DNA from: Octopus sinensis
Lineage: Eukaryota
Assembly (NCBI RefSeq): GCF_006345805.1
Contig: NC_043004.1
Span: forward strand, 55,428,001-55,492,000
DNA: 64,000 nt
Direction of reading: 5' to 3'
Part shown: positions 1 through 12,790 of the stretch, piece by piece
Position numbering within the stretch: the first letter of the stretch is position 1
Layout: each line of letters starts with the position of its first letter
Position numbers and translations under genes: made by a program
Notes under the pieces: model-generated
Seen by the model: only the letters and a program-made list of their open reading frames with translations
What the model was told of the DNA's origin: nothing
The model's database searches: none

Positions 1-1
1 T

Positions 2-876
2 TACAAACCCACTGACTCTAAACAATACATTCTATTCACTTCCAATCACCCAAAACACACAAAGATAAATATCCCCTTCAACTTAGCGAGAAGAATCTGC
101 ACAATTGTCTCAAATGACACAACACGAAATAGAAGACTCCGGGAACTAAGCGCAATTCTTCTCGAAAGACATTACCCGGCATCACTAGTAGACAACGGAA
201 TAGAACGGGCCAAATCAATTAACATTCAAGACTTACGAAAACCTAAACACATCCACAGTACAGTAAATAGCCTCCCCTATCTCTCAATACACAACCCAAG
301 AAATGCAGAAGCTTACACTATTATATACAACAACATTCCACAGCTAAATCAAGACCCACGCCTAAAAAAATTACTTGCAGCTCATAAAATAATAAAAAGT
401 AAGAGACAACCTAAATCCCTAAAAAAACCCTCACCAACGCAAAATTACACAACACAAACCCACCGCCCACCGTCAAAAAATGTGGTCGTCCCAACTGCAG
501 GACTTGCATCCACCTCATTGAGGGATCGACGTACAAGTTCCGGTCGGGACACACATTCATCATAAAAAATAATTTCACGTGCGCATCAAAAAATTTACTC
601 TACATCATAAGGTGTGAAGGGTGCCACGAAGACTACATAGGGCAAACGAGCCTTACCCTCAGAGAAAGAATGACAGTTCACCGCCAACAACTGAGGGACC
701 CCTCCACAAGACAGATACTACTAAGTGGACATTTAGACCTCTGTGCACACAATAAGTCCCCCAAATTCTTAGTCTTCCCACTATACCAATGCCCGGACAA
801 CACCACAGACCAAACACGAATAAATAGGGAAAATAATCTTATTCAAAAATACAGACCTCAACTAAACATATTCTAA
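2..876 (+). mobile_element. Penelope-like element (PLE), 3' part: RT thumb, Cys-rich linker, GIY-YIG endonuclease
   Basis: Frame 2 reads YKPTDSKQYILFTSNHPKHTKINIPFNLARRICTIVS...LPYLSIHNP...KSKRQPKSLKK. After a frameshift in the A-run at 421-427 it continues LTNAKL...CGRPNCRTC...NFTCASKNLLYIIRCEGCHEDYIGQTSLTLRERMTVHRQQ...ENNLIQKYRPQLNIF*. Confidence 0.92.
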
Positions 877-1020
877 CATACCCCCCAGGCACACATCCAA
901 AACAAACACACAAAGACACACGCACACTCGCACCGTATCATGCAAACAAACACATACACGCATCAGCACACATGCAGCACACTAGCAGACATTGACCACA
1001 CACATACACAACGCGCACAC

Positions 1021-1500
1021 GCATACATTATATATATGTACGTTATGTATGTATGTTATGTATGTATGTATATGTTATGTATGTGTTTATGTGTGCGTTG
1101 TGTGTGTGTATGTGTGTATATGTGCATGCATTATGTGTATGTGTGTATTTATATGTGTATATATGTTATATATATGTATATATATGTGTATTGTATATAT
1201 ATATATGTGTATGCATTGTATATGTGTATATGTGAATGCATTGTGTGTGTTTGTGTGTGGTATGTATATGTATATGTATGTGTACGTTATATGTATGTGT
1301 ATTATGTATGTGTGTGTGCATTATATATATTTATATATATATATGCATTATATGTATGTGCATTGTGTATATGTATATTATATGTATGTATGTTGTATAT
1401 GTATGTGTACATTATGTGTATATGTATGTGTATATATGCATTGTATATATGTATATTGTATGTGTGTTGTATATATATGTATACATGTATACATATATAT
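1021..1500. repeat. Degenerate (TG/TA)-rich simple repeat
   Basis: Low-complexity tatg/tgtg array directly 5' of the LINE; it produces the Y/V/C/M/I pseudo-ORFs. Confidence 0.9.
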
Positions 1501-4500
1501 GGTATGCAGATGGTATGCAGATGTATATGGTATGCAGACGGAAACCCAACAGGTGGCCAGCTTCACCCAGATGTGAGAAGGGCGGCAGCTGAACAGCAAT
1601 CTTTTTTGTGCATGGCACAAAAAATTGTTCAGCAGCTGACCTGGCTACAAGCACAAAGCTGGAACTACCACCACATAAGGCCACCTCCAACAGATGCAGG
1701 ATGGCCACCACAGACACCAACACCAACACACACACCACAAAAATATTTCTACTGAATGTAGGAGGGCTGCTGCGCGGAAACTGTAAAAAGAAAATTTCTT
1801 TCCTGAGAGACCTTGTGACATGCAATCAAGCTATATGCATGGCACTCACTGAAACGCATCTTGAACCCGATATAGGTGATGCAGAAATACACATGCCGCA
1901 ATATGCAGTCATACGCACAGATAGAAAAGGGAGGAGCCATGGTGGAGTTGCAATGTACATCCGAGATGACCTCACGCCCCAGGTCCTGCTGTCATATTCA
2001 AACTCAGTATGTGAAACTCAAATTGTACACATAAGACAACTGAATATCGTCATATGCACTACATATCGCCCACCAGATGCCCCAAAACACTCAGGCATGT
2101 TTGAAGACTGCCTAACAAAAATAGGAGAAATCCTCACCAACCTTGAACAGCACAACAGTGTATTCTTCATGGGTGACTTTAACCTCCCCAATGTGGAATG
2201 GCCTGGGGGGCAGATGCTCCCAGGGATGACACACCATCAGCAGGCACAGGTGGAGTCCCTGCTCCATCTCACAAATGCCTCTTTCATGGAGCAAATAGTT
2301 CTGCAACCAACAAGGGCAGATAATATACTGGATCTTTGCTTCACAAACAATATGGATATTATCCATAATGTTAATGTGATGCCGACAATGATCTCGGATC
2401 ACAACATAATAGAGCTGTCTATGTATGGAACAAAAGCCCCCGCAGACACACAGCCTATACGAAGCACCCACCATCTCTCCAACTTAAACTTTCATAAAGC
2501 CAACTGGAAGTCGATTGAGAAAGAGATCCTCAAACAGGATTGGCCTGAATGTCTCTCCACACCGGACATAAACATGAAACACAAACACTTCATGTCCATA
2601 ATACAAGCCATATGTGACAAATATGTCCCAATGTGCAGGGCCAGCACACACAAGAACAAAAACAGGATCCCTAGAGAAAGGAGGATTCTGATGAGACGAC
2701 GGACAAGGATTGCAAACCGCCTGAGCAAGCACACCAAAAGTGGTGAGAAGTCTCGGCTCGAAGAATGCTAATGGAAACTGAGAAAAGTCTACATCAGTCC
2801 CATGAAAAGGAGAGAGCAGATAAAGAAGCTTGGGTAATAGAAAATATAAAATCAAACCCTAAAGCTTTCTTTAAGTTTGCCAAAGAGACAGCCACAGTGC
2901 ACCAGAGAATAGGACCTCTCTTCCAAAAAGATGGCTCTCTCACAGGAAATCCCACGAGGATAAGTGAAATACTGAACGAACAGTTCCAAAGTGTGTTCAC
3001 TACACCTCTAGGACACAGGCAAGTAAACAACCCAGAAGAATTCTTTGCCACTTTACTAGCGGCCAAAGAGACAAAAATTGAGTACATCAACATCGAAGAT
3101 GATGATATCACACTAGCCATTGATGAGATTGACACAAACTCAGCTGCTGGACCTGATGGATTCCCAGCGATCCTTCTCAAATCGTGCAAACGAGCCCTTG
3201 CAAAACCGCTACAGCTTCTTTTTCAGAGCTTTCTTGCAAGTGGTAAGCTCCCAGTCAAACTGAAAGAGGGGGTAATATGCCCTATCCATAAGGGAGGTAG
3301 CAGAGCAGATGCTAAAAATTATAGGCCTATCTCTCTGACCTCACACATCAGCAAAGTCATGGAACGAATAGTCCGTAAGAAACTAATCATGTTCCTTGAA
3401 GAAAATGACTTACTGTCTGACACCCAGCATGGATTTCGACCAGGTAGAGGCTGCCTAACACAGCTCCTGCAACACTATGACTGGGTGTTGAAACAGCTAC
3501 TAAATGGCTCAAATGTGGATGTAATATATCTCGACTTTGCAAAAGCCTTTGATAAAGTCGACCATGGTATGATCTGTCACAAACTGCGTAGTCTCGGCAT
3601 AGGCGGGAAACTTGGAGAGTGGCTGCACAACTTCCTAAAAGACAGAAAACAGGCAGTTGTGAGCAATGGAGCCACCTCCAAGGAAACGCAAATAACAAGC
3701 GGTGTCCCACAGGTCACTGTCTTGGGGGCCACTGATGTTCATAGTGGCCCTTTCAGACATGCCTTCAGTTGCTACGATGACCACCCTTGCTAGCTATGCA
3801 GATGACACAAAAGTCTCCCACGCAATACAAAACCCTGAAAATATTGCGCATCTGCAACATGAGCTGGACACAATATACAGGTGGGCTGAGGACAACAACA
3901 TGCAGTTTAATGCAGGTAAGTTCCAGGCCCTGCGCTACTGGCACACAAAGGTAAATGACGTGAAGACTGAATACACTGGCCCAGGAAGAATTGCAATCCC
4001 TGAGTCAAAATCAGTGCGTGACCTGGGCATTGACATGAGCAATGATGCATCTTTCCGAATGCATATTGCTAATTTGGTGATAAAATGCAGACGGCTAGCT
4101 GGATGAATTCTCCGAACTTTCAGAACAAGAGAGAAGGAGACACTGATGGTCCTATGGAAAACATTCGTCCTCAGCCGCTTGGACTACTGCTCCCAACTTT
4201 GGTCACCACACAATATAAAACAAACAGCAGAACTCGAAGCAACTCAGAGAAGCTACACAAAGAAAATCGTCTCAATGCAAAATGTCAGCTACTGGGAAAG
4301 ACTGAAGGTATTAAACCTCTTCTCCCTGGAGCGGAGGCGGAAGAGATATGCAGTGATATGCATCTGGAAAATCCTGGAGGGTCTTGTCCCAAACTTTGGC
4401 ATTCAAAGTTACTCCAACCGCAGAACGGGGCGCCGCTGCGTGGTGCCAAGGATTCCAACATCACCATCAAAATTCAGGTCCAGATACTGCAACAGCTTGG

Positions 4501-4789
4501 GTTTCAGAGGACCACAGTTCTTTAACATCCTCCCTAAATGCCTGAGAGACTTACATGGTGTGGATGTGGGTTTCTTTAAAACTAAACTGGATCTCTTCTT
4601 GTTGGGAGTCCCAGATGAACCTACCTCACGACAGGAGATACGGATGCGGGCAGCAGCATCGAACTCCCTTGTTGATCAAGTGCCACGTATCAGAGGTGGA
4701 TTCACAAACTAGTGTAGCTCATTCAGCGGTGGTGCCCCAGCATGGCCGCGGCCTTCGGGCTAAAACATTTTTAAGGATTTAAGGATTTA
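1501..4789 (+). mobile_element. CR1-group LINE, 5'-truncated in ORF1; ORF2 (APE + RT) nearly intact
   Basis: APE motifs ALTETHL, GGVAMYI, FMGDFNLP, LDLCFTN, SDHNII (1608-2771). RT motifs YRPISLTS, QHGFRPGR, YLDFAKAFDKV, SGVPQ, YADD (2765-4106). The C-terminus LDYCSQLWSP...SLERRR (4146-4712) is followed by a (TTTAAGGA)n tail. Defects: two 1-nt frameshifts (~2766, ~3727) and one TGA (4103-4105 region). Confidence 0.92.
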
Positions 4790-6065
4790 TGTATATACAT
4801 TATATGTATATATATGTATACATTGTGTATGTGTATGTTGTGTGTATATATGTTATATGTATGTGTATATATATATATATACATTGTATGTATGTATATT
4901 GTGTGTATATGTGGTATGTGTATGTATGTGTATGTATACATTGTGTATATGTATATGTATATATGTATATGCATTGTCTATATATATATTATATGTATAT
5001 ATTGTGTATATATGTTATATGTATATATTGTGTATGTGTATTATGTATATGCTGTGTATGTGTATTGTATGTATATATGTGTTATGTGTATATATGTTGT
5101 ATATATATTATGTATGTATATATGTGTGTGTTGTGTATGTGTGTGTTATATGTTTGTGTATGTTGTGTATGTGTGTGTGTTATATATATGTATATTATAT
5201 ATATATGTTATATGTGTGTGTTGTGTGTGTGTATTATATATGTGTGTGTTGTGTGTGTGTATTATATATATGTATGTTGTGTGTGTGTATATTGTGTGTG
5301 TATATTATATGTATATGTGTGTTGTATGTGTGTGTGTGTGTGTGTGGTGCGTGTGTGTGATGTGTGTGTGTGTGGTATGTATATGTATGATGTGTATATG
5401 TATGTATATATATATATATGTAATGTGTATATATGGCCTGCACACACGCGTAGACATATGTATGCATGTATATAAACATACAAAGACGCGTGTACACACA
5501 CAAGCACATACTCAATACCAACACACGCAGGACACATATACACGCATGCCACACGGATACACCGAACAGACATGGACACACATGCGAACAGACACATACA
5601 CACTAACGCACGCGCAACACACTAATAGACATTAACCACACACATACACACACACACAAACGGGCACACATATACACACACCATCCTACCCCAAAAAATT
5701 CTTTAAACAACATACATCTATTTACACCACCCTGGAACCAATCAAAAACAGACCCCCGCCCTACACACAAACACATGTATACATATATATGCACACACAC
5801 AAGGACACACACACTCACCAATCTCACCTCCATACAGACACACATATACACACGCAGCACCATGCCAAATGCCATCCACACACATACATACACACACACA
5901 CACAATACCAAGACAACCACACACGCGGTTGACAAACAGACACACCATCCTACCAGATCTTACAGACACACAGACACATCTATTCACACCACATATGTAT
6001 GTATGCACGCACACACACACACACAAAGGCACACAAACTCACCCCATCCTGACCCCAAAATCATT
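4790..6065. repeat. Degenerate (TG/TA) repeat followed by CA-rich low-complexity DNA
   Basis: tatg/tgtg array at 4790-5435 and an ACAC-rich tract at 5436-6065. The motif cacactagcagacattgaccacacacatacac (~978-1010) recurs, diverged, at ~5618-5650. Confidence 0.85.
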
Positions 6066-6739
6066 GATGCTTGAAGGAGAGACAAAAAAAGAAAAAAAGG
6101 TACATTCTTTTCAGTTCCACATTTCTCCTCCTAAAACGGACAGGTCAGTTTTAGCTTCACCACTATTATAATGTAAATCTTTTTGAACTCATAATATTCT
6201 GTAAGTGTATACTGAACTTTTTTTAATAATTCCTCCTGGAAATTACCTTGAGATGTATAATATATTTGTTGTAATCTTTTGTGCCTATTATTTCAATGAG
6301 CTTGTTAAACTTTTTTATATTCTCAACATACTCTTGTCACCAAAGAATGTATATTTATATGGATTATAGTACTCTGTGTCAACCAATATTCTGTGCATGT
6401 TTGAATATACAGATACAATACCAATATCAATTCCTTCTGGAAGCTATCTTAAGTATGTCCTTGAGAACGATTATTTATGTAGTAATCTTTTGTGCCCAAT
6501 ATTTTAAGGAACTTGTTGAACTTTTTTATGTCCTTAACATGTCCCTGTTACCAAAGACTGTATATATGTAATGTAACAATTTGCAACAACCAATAATTAA
6601 CGCAACCAAACTTCTACATGTTACTTTTGACAATCTTTTTCCAAAGAGTGAAACCGGTAAAGGTTTGTTTATTTTTTAGGTTTTTTTTATGTATTATTAG
6701 TGTTGCTTAATATGTTTTGTTACATTTGCTGTTTCTTTT

Positions 6740-7335
6740 CAGATATCATCAGAAAAAGGTCGTTAAAATTCAATAAAATGACAGATCTATTGGACTTTCA
6801 AAAGGTCAAATAGTTGGTGCTCGTATGGCAGGCATTAGCGTAACGAAAACAGACGAAATTTTTGGTATATCAAGTGATACTGTCTCGAAAGTAATGACAG
6901 CCTGTGAGGAAGTGGGAAAAACCTCCTCGTCGAAACAAAAACTCCGGAAGAAAACCAAAACTTCCAGACAGATACCGTCGACTCTTGCGCGAATTGTTAG
7001 AAAGAATCACAAAAGTACAGCTCCCAGAATTACTGCAGAGCTTAATGACAACCTCGAGAACCCAGTTTCCACAAAAACTGTTCGTTAGGAGCTGAACAAA
7101 GCCGGATTTCACGGGAGGGCTACAATCAGAAAACCACTACTTTCAAAAACAAACGCTGCAAAGCGTCTAGAGTAGAGTAAAAACCTACTGAATTGGTCCC
7201 TAGAGCAGTGGAAGAATGTTATTTTCTCGGGCGAGTCATGTTTTACTTTATTTCCGACCACTGGCCGGGTATGCGTGTAGTGATAGCCAAAAGAAGCATT
7301 TGACCCAGACTGCCTTCTTCTAACTGTTAAACTTA
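6740..7335 (+). mobile_element. Tc1-like transposase fragment (HTH region to first catalytic Asp), degenerate
   Basis: GQIVGARMAG.SVTKT..IFGIS..TVSKVM, SGRKPKL, TAPRITAELN...PVSTKTVRRELNKAGFHGRA.IRKPLLS...WKNVIFS; contains frameshifts and stops. Confidence 0.85.
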
Positions 7336-8220
7336 CAAACGGTGGCCACAGCTGGTGATGCCGCAACATCAGCGCATATCTGCGCATCAGTAACTACTGC
7401 ATACCTAGACCTCCGTTCCGCAGCTGTTTATAGCAGATGGAGTACCTGACCAGGGGAACGCGCCCCTGCCACAGAAAGCGGAAGAGTAAGCGCACCAGAT
7501 TGGTCAACCAGCAAACAGGACAAGGGACGACAGTCAAGCGGTAGTAGACAACAGATGCGATGTACGCATTCGCTACCTCCGCCCGACCTTTCAGAGACAG
7601 CCTATCTATGCCCATTTCTGTGTGAGATTGGCTACCCTGCTCGTCACCTGGTCCCAGTTTTTCTCCACCTGGAAGTCCGGACCAAACCAGATTCTGAGCA
7701 ACTTAACGGGACCGTCTATCCAGCGTCCCACGACGCTATTGGACAACATGGACTTGTCTTACCAGGTGCCGAGTTGCAAACCCACTGACTTTTCCGCGTT
7801 AACTTTTGCTCCTGTCACTGCTTCATATTCCTGTAGTGTTTCGCCAATCAGCTCTATATGCTTGTGGCTCGACACTATGACGGTGACATCGTCAGCGTAA
7901 GCAGACACACTTCTCCCACACACACCCTAGATCACGCGAGAAGCCTCCAACTTCTGCAGTAATGGCTCAAATTCAATACATACGGAAGGGAATAGAGAGG
8001 GTATCCTTGACGGACCGAACGCAAGATGCTGAATGGTTCCGACAGGTGACCATTCGGCCAAACAACCGAGCAGATGCCGATGTACAAAGCAGCGATCCAA
8101 CCGCGGAAAACTGGACGAAACCGGCTGCTTTGAGGACAGCTGACAAGTATTGATAGTGGACCCTATCAGCTGAATCCATTGTGAAGATTGCCCCGCTGCC
8201 CTCTATTGGTCGGGATGGTT
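7336..8220 (-). mobile_element. Tx1/L1-clade LINE RT fragment (inverted 5' part)
   Basis: The minus strand encodes VSAYADDVTVIV (~7880-7910), LSLKGRAEVANAYIASVVYYRLTVVPCP...FLWQG...GGLG and DRVHYQYL.AVLKAAGF. Confidence 0.8.
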
Positions 8221-8703
8221 GTTTAGTGGCTGTAACGAAAGAGGTAATATGGTGGACCCGTTTGAAAGGGCTAAAGACAGACACTTTCCTCTTCGGCCAA
8301 ATCCTCATCAACTTTTGCAAGTTTAACTTGGAAAGGAAGTTGAGGGTGGAGAAGGAAGTGTTGCTTTATAGCAGGTTTGTTGAAAGGTACGTGAATGTTG
8401 GAAGAATGGCTAGTGCGAAAGGATCAATTCTGTGTGCACCTATAAAAAGGGAATTAAAGGAGAAGGGCTCTTGCCCTGTTGATCAGGAACCCATGGCTTT
8501 CGTGTGTTTTCCCACGGGGACTTTAAAACGCTTCCCGTATTGGGAGTTTTAATTTGTTCAATTCTTATTGTTATTTATATTGTTTACACGCGGAAAACCC
8601 ATTGTATCATCCTGTTTTTGTCTTTTATATTGTATGTCATTTGATGTTTTTGTATGTGAGCTCTTGTGGCAAATAAAAGACTAAATTATTGTTATTATTA
8701 TTC
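8221..8703 (+). mobile_element. Tx1/L1-clade LINE 3' end (ORF2 C-terminus and 3' UTR)
   Basis: CLVAVTKEVIWWTRLKGLKTDTFLFGQILINF.KF.LERKLRVEKEVL, followed by a T-rich UTR and aataaaag. A second copy of this segment lies at ~10110-10250. Confidence 0.7.
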
Positions 8704-10003
8704 AGTAGTTTTATTTTTATAGCGTGTTTTCACTTCACTACCGAGCGCAGCTCTGTGTGTCTTGGGTATGTTCTGTGGTGTGCTGTGATGCTCTTATTTT
8801 TACTGTATTGAAAGTGTTTTGCGTACGATGCATGCAGTGCCCAGTAGTGCAATTTTCTGTACGTTATATATATTTGTAATCTTGGTGTTTTTTTTTATGT
8901 ATTTGTCTGAATATTCTTTTTATCATACCTAATGCGCCTACAATGATAGGAATTGTTTTTGTTTTTAGATTCCACATGCGAGTTACCTCTATTTCCAGGT
9001 CTTTTTATTTTGAAATCTCTCCATTTCTTTTAGAGAAACAATACCAGCATCTGCTGGTATTGATGCATCAATTAGAAAGCATTTTTTTCTTCATGATCTC
9101 TGACAACTATATTTGGCCTATTGGCCTTAAGTTCTCTATCTGAGTGTATTGGCATATCCCAGAGTATGGTTGCATTCTCATTTTCTGTAACCTTTTCTGG
9201 CGTGTGCCTATGCCATCTTTTTTCTGTTGTTATTCCATAGCATTGGCATAGCTTCCAGTGTATGTAGGTCCCAGTGTATGTAGGTCCAGTGCATGTTGCC
9301 AGAGATATAATTTATTGTTTCTTGTCCATCTCCACATAGTCTGCTGTTACTTGTTATGTTTCTTTTCATTATATGTTTTTGGTAATTTCTGGTGGGGAGG
9401 CTTTGGTCTTGTGCTGCAATTAAAAATCCTTCACTCTCTGCTTTGAGTCCTGAGCTTCTCAACCATTGCTGGGATTTTTCTCTATCTATTTCTTTTGCAT
9501 TTAGTTTAGCCCAGTATTTGACATGAAGGGGCTTTTCTTGCCATCGTTTTATCATAATCCATTGCTGTTCTAGTTTTAGTTTGGAATTCATTTGTTTAAT
9601 AGCTTTTCTTCTTCTTCTTCTTCTTCTTCTTCTTCTTCTTCTTCTTCTTCTTCTTCTTCTTCTTCTTCTTCTTCTTCTTCTTCTTCTTCTTCTTCTTCTT
9701 CTTCTTCTTCTTCTTCTTCTTCTTCTTCTTCTTCTTCTTCTTCTATATAAAAGGTGGCTGATTGTTTTGCCGTAACATTTGTATCCGCATCCTGTTCTAT
9801 TTCGCATGTCAGATAAAGGTGTCAGTGCCAAGCAGAAAAGGAGCGTGGAGAGCGTGTCTCCCTGGAATATTCCTCTTCTAATGGGGATGGCTTTGGTTTT
9901 CACGAGTCCCTCTTTTGTTTGGAGCTGTAGCACTGTCTGCCATTTATTCATAGAATGTCTTATGTATTTTATAATTATAGGTGCTACCTTGTTGATGGTT
10001 TAG
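8700..10003 (-). mobile_element. R4/Dong-clade (RLE-type) non-LTR retrotransposon fragment, internally deleted and bridged by (AAG)n
   Basis: IRRGIFQGDTLS.LLFCLALTPLS...ISHLLY, then a (CTT)n tract (9605-9743), then KPLH.KY...REKSQQWLRSSGLKAESEGFLIAAQDQSLPTRNY; the 3' end lies in (TAA)n. Confidence 0.82.
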
Positions 10004-10052
10004 TGTTTCAAGGATCCACGTGTGGGGAATACTATCAAAAGCCTTTCGGGAG

Positions 10053-10111
<59 letters not shown>

Positions 10112-10304
10112 ACGAAAGAGGTTTTGTGGTGGTCTAGACTGAAAGGGCCGAAGATCGATACTTGCCTCTTTGTCCTACCCGTCATCAACTTTTTCAGATA
10201 CCATCTGAAAAGGAAAGTGAGGGTTGAGAGGGAAGTGCAAAATGTGAAATGCATCGTTAAGCAAGAAGCATCTCACCGCACAGCCGTATGCATATGTATA
10301 TATA

Positions 10305-10361
<57 letters not shown>

Positions 10362-10831
10362 ACTATCGTAATATTCATAATTCAGAGGCTGTGTAGGATA
10401 CAGTTTCAATTATATTTATTTATTTGCTGCTGGACTACATATTTACACTCGCACACTAAGTACGAATCCAGAATGGATAAAGATGTAGCTGTCTTGCGCA
10501 CGGGTTTTCGGTATGTATTTGCAACTACATAATTATTCATTAATTAGCGATCTCACTGATGATTCACAGACCCTAAATTAGTTTATTTGGACAATTGCTG
10601 GCAAAACTCGAGTCCGGGATTGACTAATTCAATTTTTGTTCGTTCTAGTGTTATATCGTCGTACCTCATGAATTTTCATTTTTGTTGTTTAGATTTTAAC
10701 TGGGCTTTTTATCATGTAAGGAGTCCCATCAATGGATTCCTCTTTGTGTGTAACATATTTTATACACTTTTATAGTGATATACGTATATATATATCTGCT
10801 TTTAAGCTATAAAATTGCGAATTAGCCACCC

Positions 10832-10889
<58 letters not shown>

Positions 10890-11289
10890 TGGGTACAGGA
10901 CGTCACCAACAGTAAACAACGAGGAAAATAAATGAGTTCAATACGTAAACAACGAGAGAAACAAATGGGAAACAGTAGAAGTAACATAAATAACGACCCT
11001 TCCTCGGTTGTCGGCTGTTTATCTACTTCTCATTTCGAGCATTGAACGACAATATGAGTCTTCCAAGACAGTTGCTCTGATAAGTACCAAGATATGAAGA
11101 GAGAAGGTGGGTAGAAGTGAAGAGAAGTAGGTGTCAAAGCAAGAGAGGAGAGAAGTGGGTCGAGTGAAGAGAGGAAGTAGGTGTCAGATGAAGAGAGGAG
11201 GGGAGTTGAGCCCATGTGGCGCAAAGGAGAGATGAAAGAAGATTAATTCCTGCTCACCTCAAGATTCCGAGTTCGATTCCAGGCAGTGA

Positions 11290-11355
<66 letters not shown>

Positions 11356-11367
11356 TGATGATGATGG

Positions 11368-11398
<31 letters not shown>

Positions 11399-11399
11399 A

Positions 11400-11468
<69 letters not shown>

Positions 11469-11533
11469 TAATAATAGTAATAGCATCGAAAAAATACCTT
11501 AGGAATGAGAAACCAGGTTCGAAATTTCCCCAA

Positions 11534-11579
11534 GACACCTGATGAAGGCTGGAGGGTATATCAGCCGAAACGTTGTGTT
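11534..11579 (+). ncRNA. Minimal type I hammerhead ribozyme
   Basis: GACAC-CUGAUGA-A-GGCUG(loop)CAGCC-GAAAC-GUU-GUGUU: complete core, 5-bp helix II, helix I GACAC/GUGUU, and a palindromic AACGUU in place of helix III. Confidence 0.8.
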
Positions 11580-12228
11580 AACAACAAACAAGATGAGGAC
11601 AAATATCCGTCAAATGTAAATTATGTAAAAAATGCAAACAAATATGGACAAATCACTTTCATCGAATTGGAAAAGAACCACGCTATTCGGATTGAGTTGC
11701 TATGTCGTAGACTTTGGAAACCCTCTCCGTCGATTAATTCTACGACAACTAGTTTTATTATGACTGTACAGTAAGAGGGGTCGTAAACCTAATTTCCATT
11801 TTTTCTTTTTTCTAATATATGCCAGTGTATGTATATCTATGTATATGTCTCCATGCGTCCATATGCATTTCTATATAATTTTCTACATTGATGCGTGTGT
11901 GTGCATGTGTATATATGTGTGTATATGATACTAAATATATTTTGTAATAAAAGCTTGTAAATGTACCTATCCATGCATTCTTTTGCCCTAAAATAATACA
12001 TACATGCATTAACCGTAATGTAATGTATTGTAATTCCTATCATTAAATGTACATATTTATTTATATATATATGCTCATATATAAAAAAATTACCTGTTGT
12101 GTTGCCAGATACTTTTTACATGAGTACATATATATTCCAGTATATATATTCCCATACATATATTCCAGTATATAGTAATTGTATTATAATTTCACATATG
12201 TATTCCAGTATATAATCTTTTCTACTCT

Positions 12229-12790
12229 AGGCACAAGTCCCGAAATTTTTGGTGTGTGTGGGGGGCAATCGATTAGGCCGACCTCAGTATGTAACTGGTA
12301 CTTAATTTATTGACTCCGAAAGGAAAAGTCGACCTCGGCGGAATTTGAACTCAGTACGTAAATACAGTCGAAATACCTATTTCTTTACTACCCACAAGGG
12401 GCTAAACACAGAGAGGACAAACAAGGACAGACAAACGGATTAAGTCGATTATATCGACCCCAGTGCGTAACTGGTACTTATTTAATCGATCCCGAAAGGA
12501 TAAAAGGCAAAGTCGACCTCGGCAGAACTTGAATTCAGAACGTAGCGACAGACGAAATACCTGCTTCTTTATTACCCACAAGGGGCTAAACATAGGGAGG
12601 ACAAACAAGGACAGACAAACGGATTAAGTTGATTACATCGACCCCAGTGCGTAACTGGTACTTAATTTACCAACCCCGAAAGGATGAAAGGCAAAGTCGA
12701 CCTCAGCGAAATTTGAACTCAGAACGTATCAGCAGACGAAATACGGCCACGCGTTTCGCCCGGCGTGCTAACGTTTCTGCCAGCTCGCCG
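12229..12790 (-). mobile_element. SINE-like family C, three tandem partial copies
   Basis: Repeated actggtacttaattta..cgaaaggatgaaaggcaaagtcgacctcggcggaatttgaactcagaacgt. The family also occurs at ~21341-21500 (-), ~41745-41915 (+), ~43913-44125 (+) and ~57652-57880 (+). Confidence 0.75.

Noticed and set aside
940-1755. Long Y/V/C/M/I-rich ORFs (also 4789-5635, 51240-52159, 45897-46290 and similar)
   Set aside because: Translations of (TA)/(TG)/(TATG) repeats. Only the last ~75 codons of 940-1755 probably represent the LINE ORF1 C-terminus.
9208-9951. 247-aa ORF with a poly-Arg run
   Set aside because: An R4/Dong RT relic in which an (AAG)n tract bridges an internal deletion; not a real arginine-rich protein.
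10550-10620. Hammerhead-like motif CTGATGA...AAAACTCGAGTC
   Set aside because: G12 of GAAA is missing, helix II is unclear and helix I is mismatched; probably a dead copy, so not called.
11254-11538. Homopolymeric N/D/I/L/Y/H ORFs (also 38004-38361, 39085-39406, 40989-41348, 41897-42172)
   Set aside because: Trinucleotide microsatellites.
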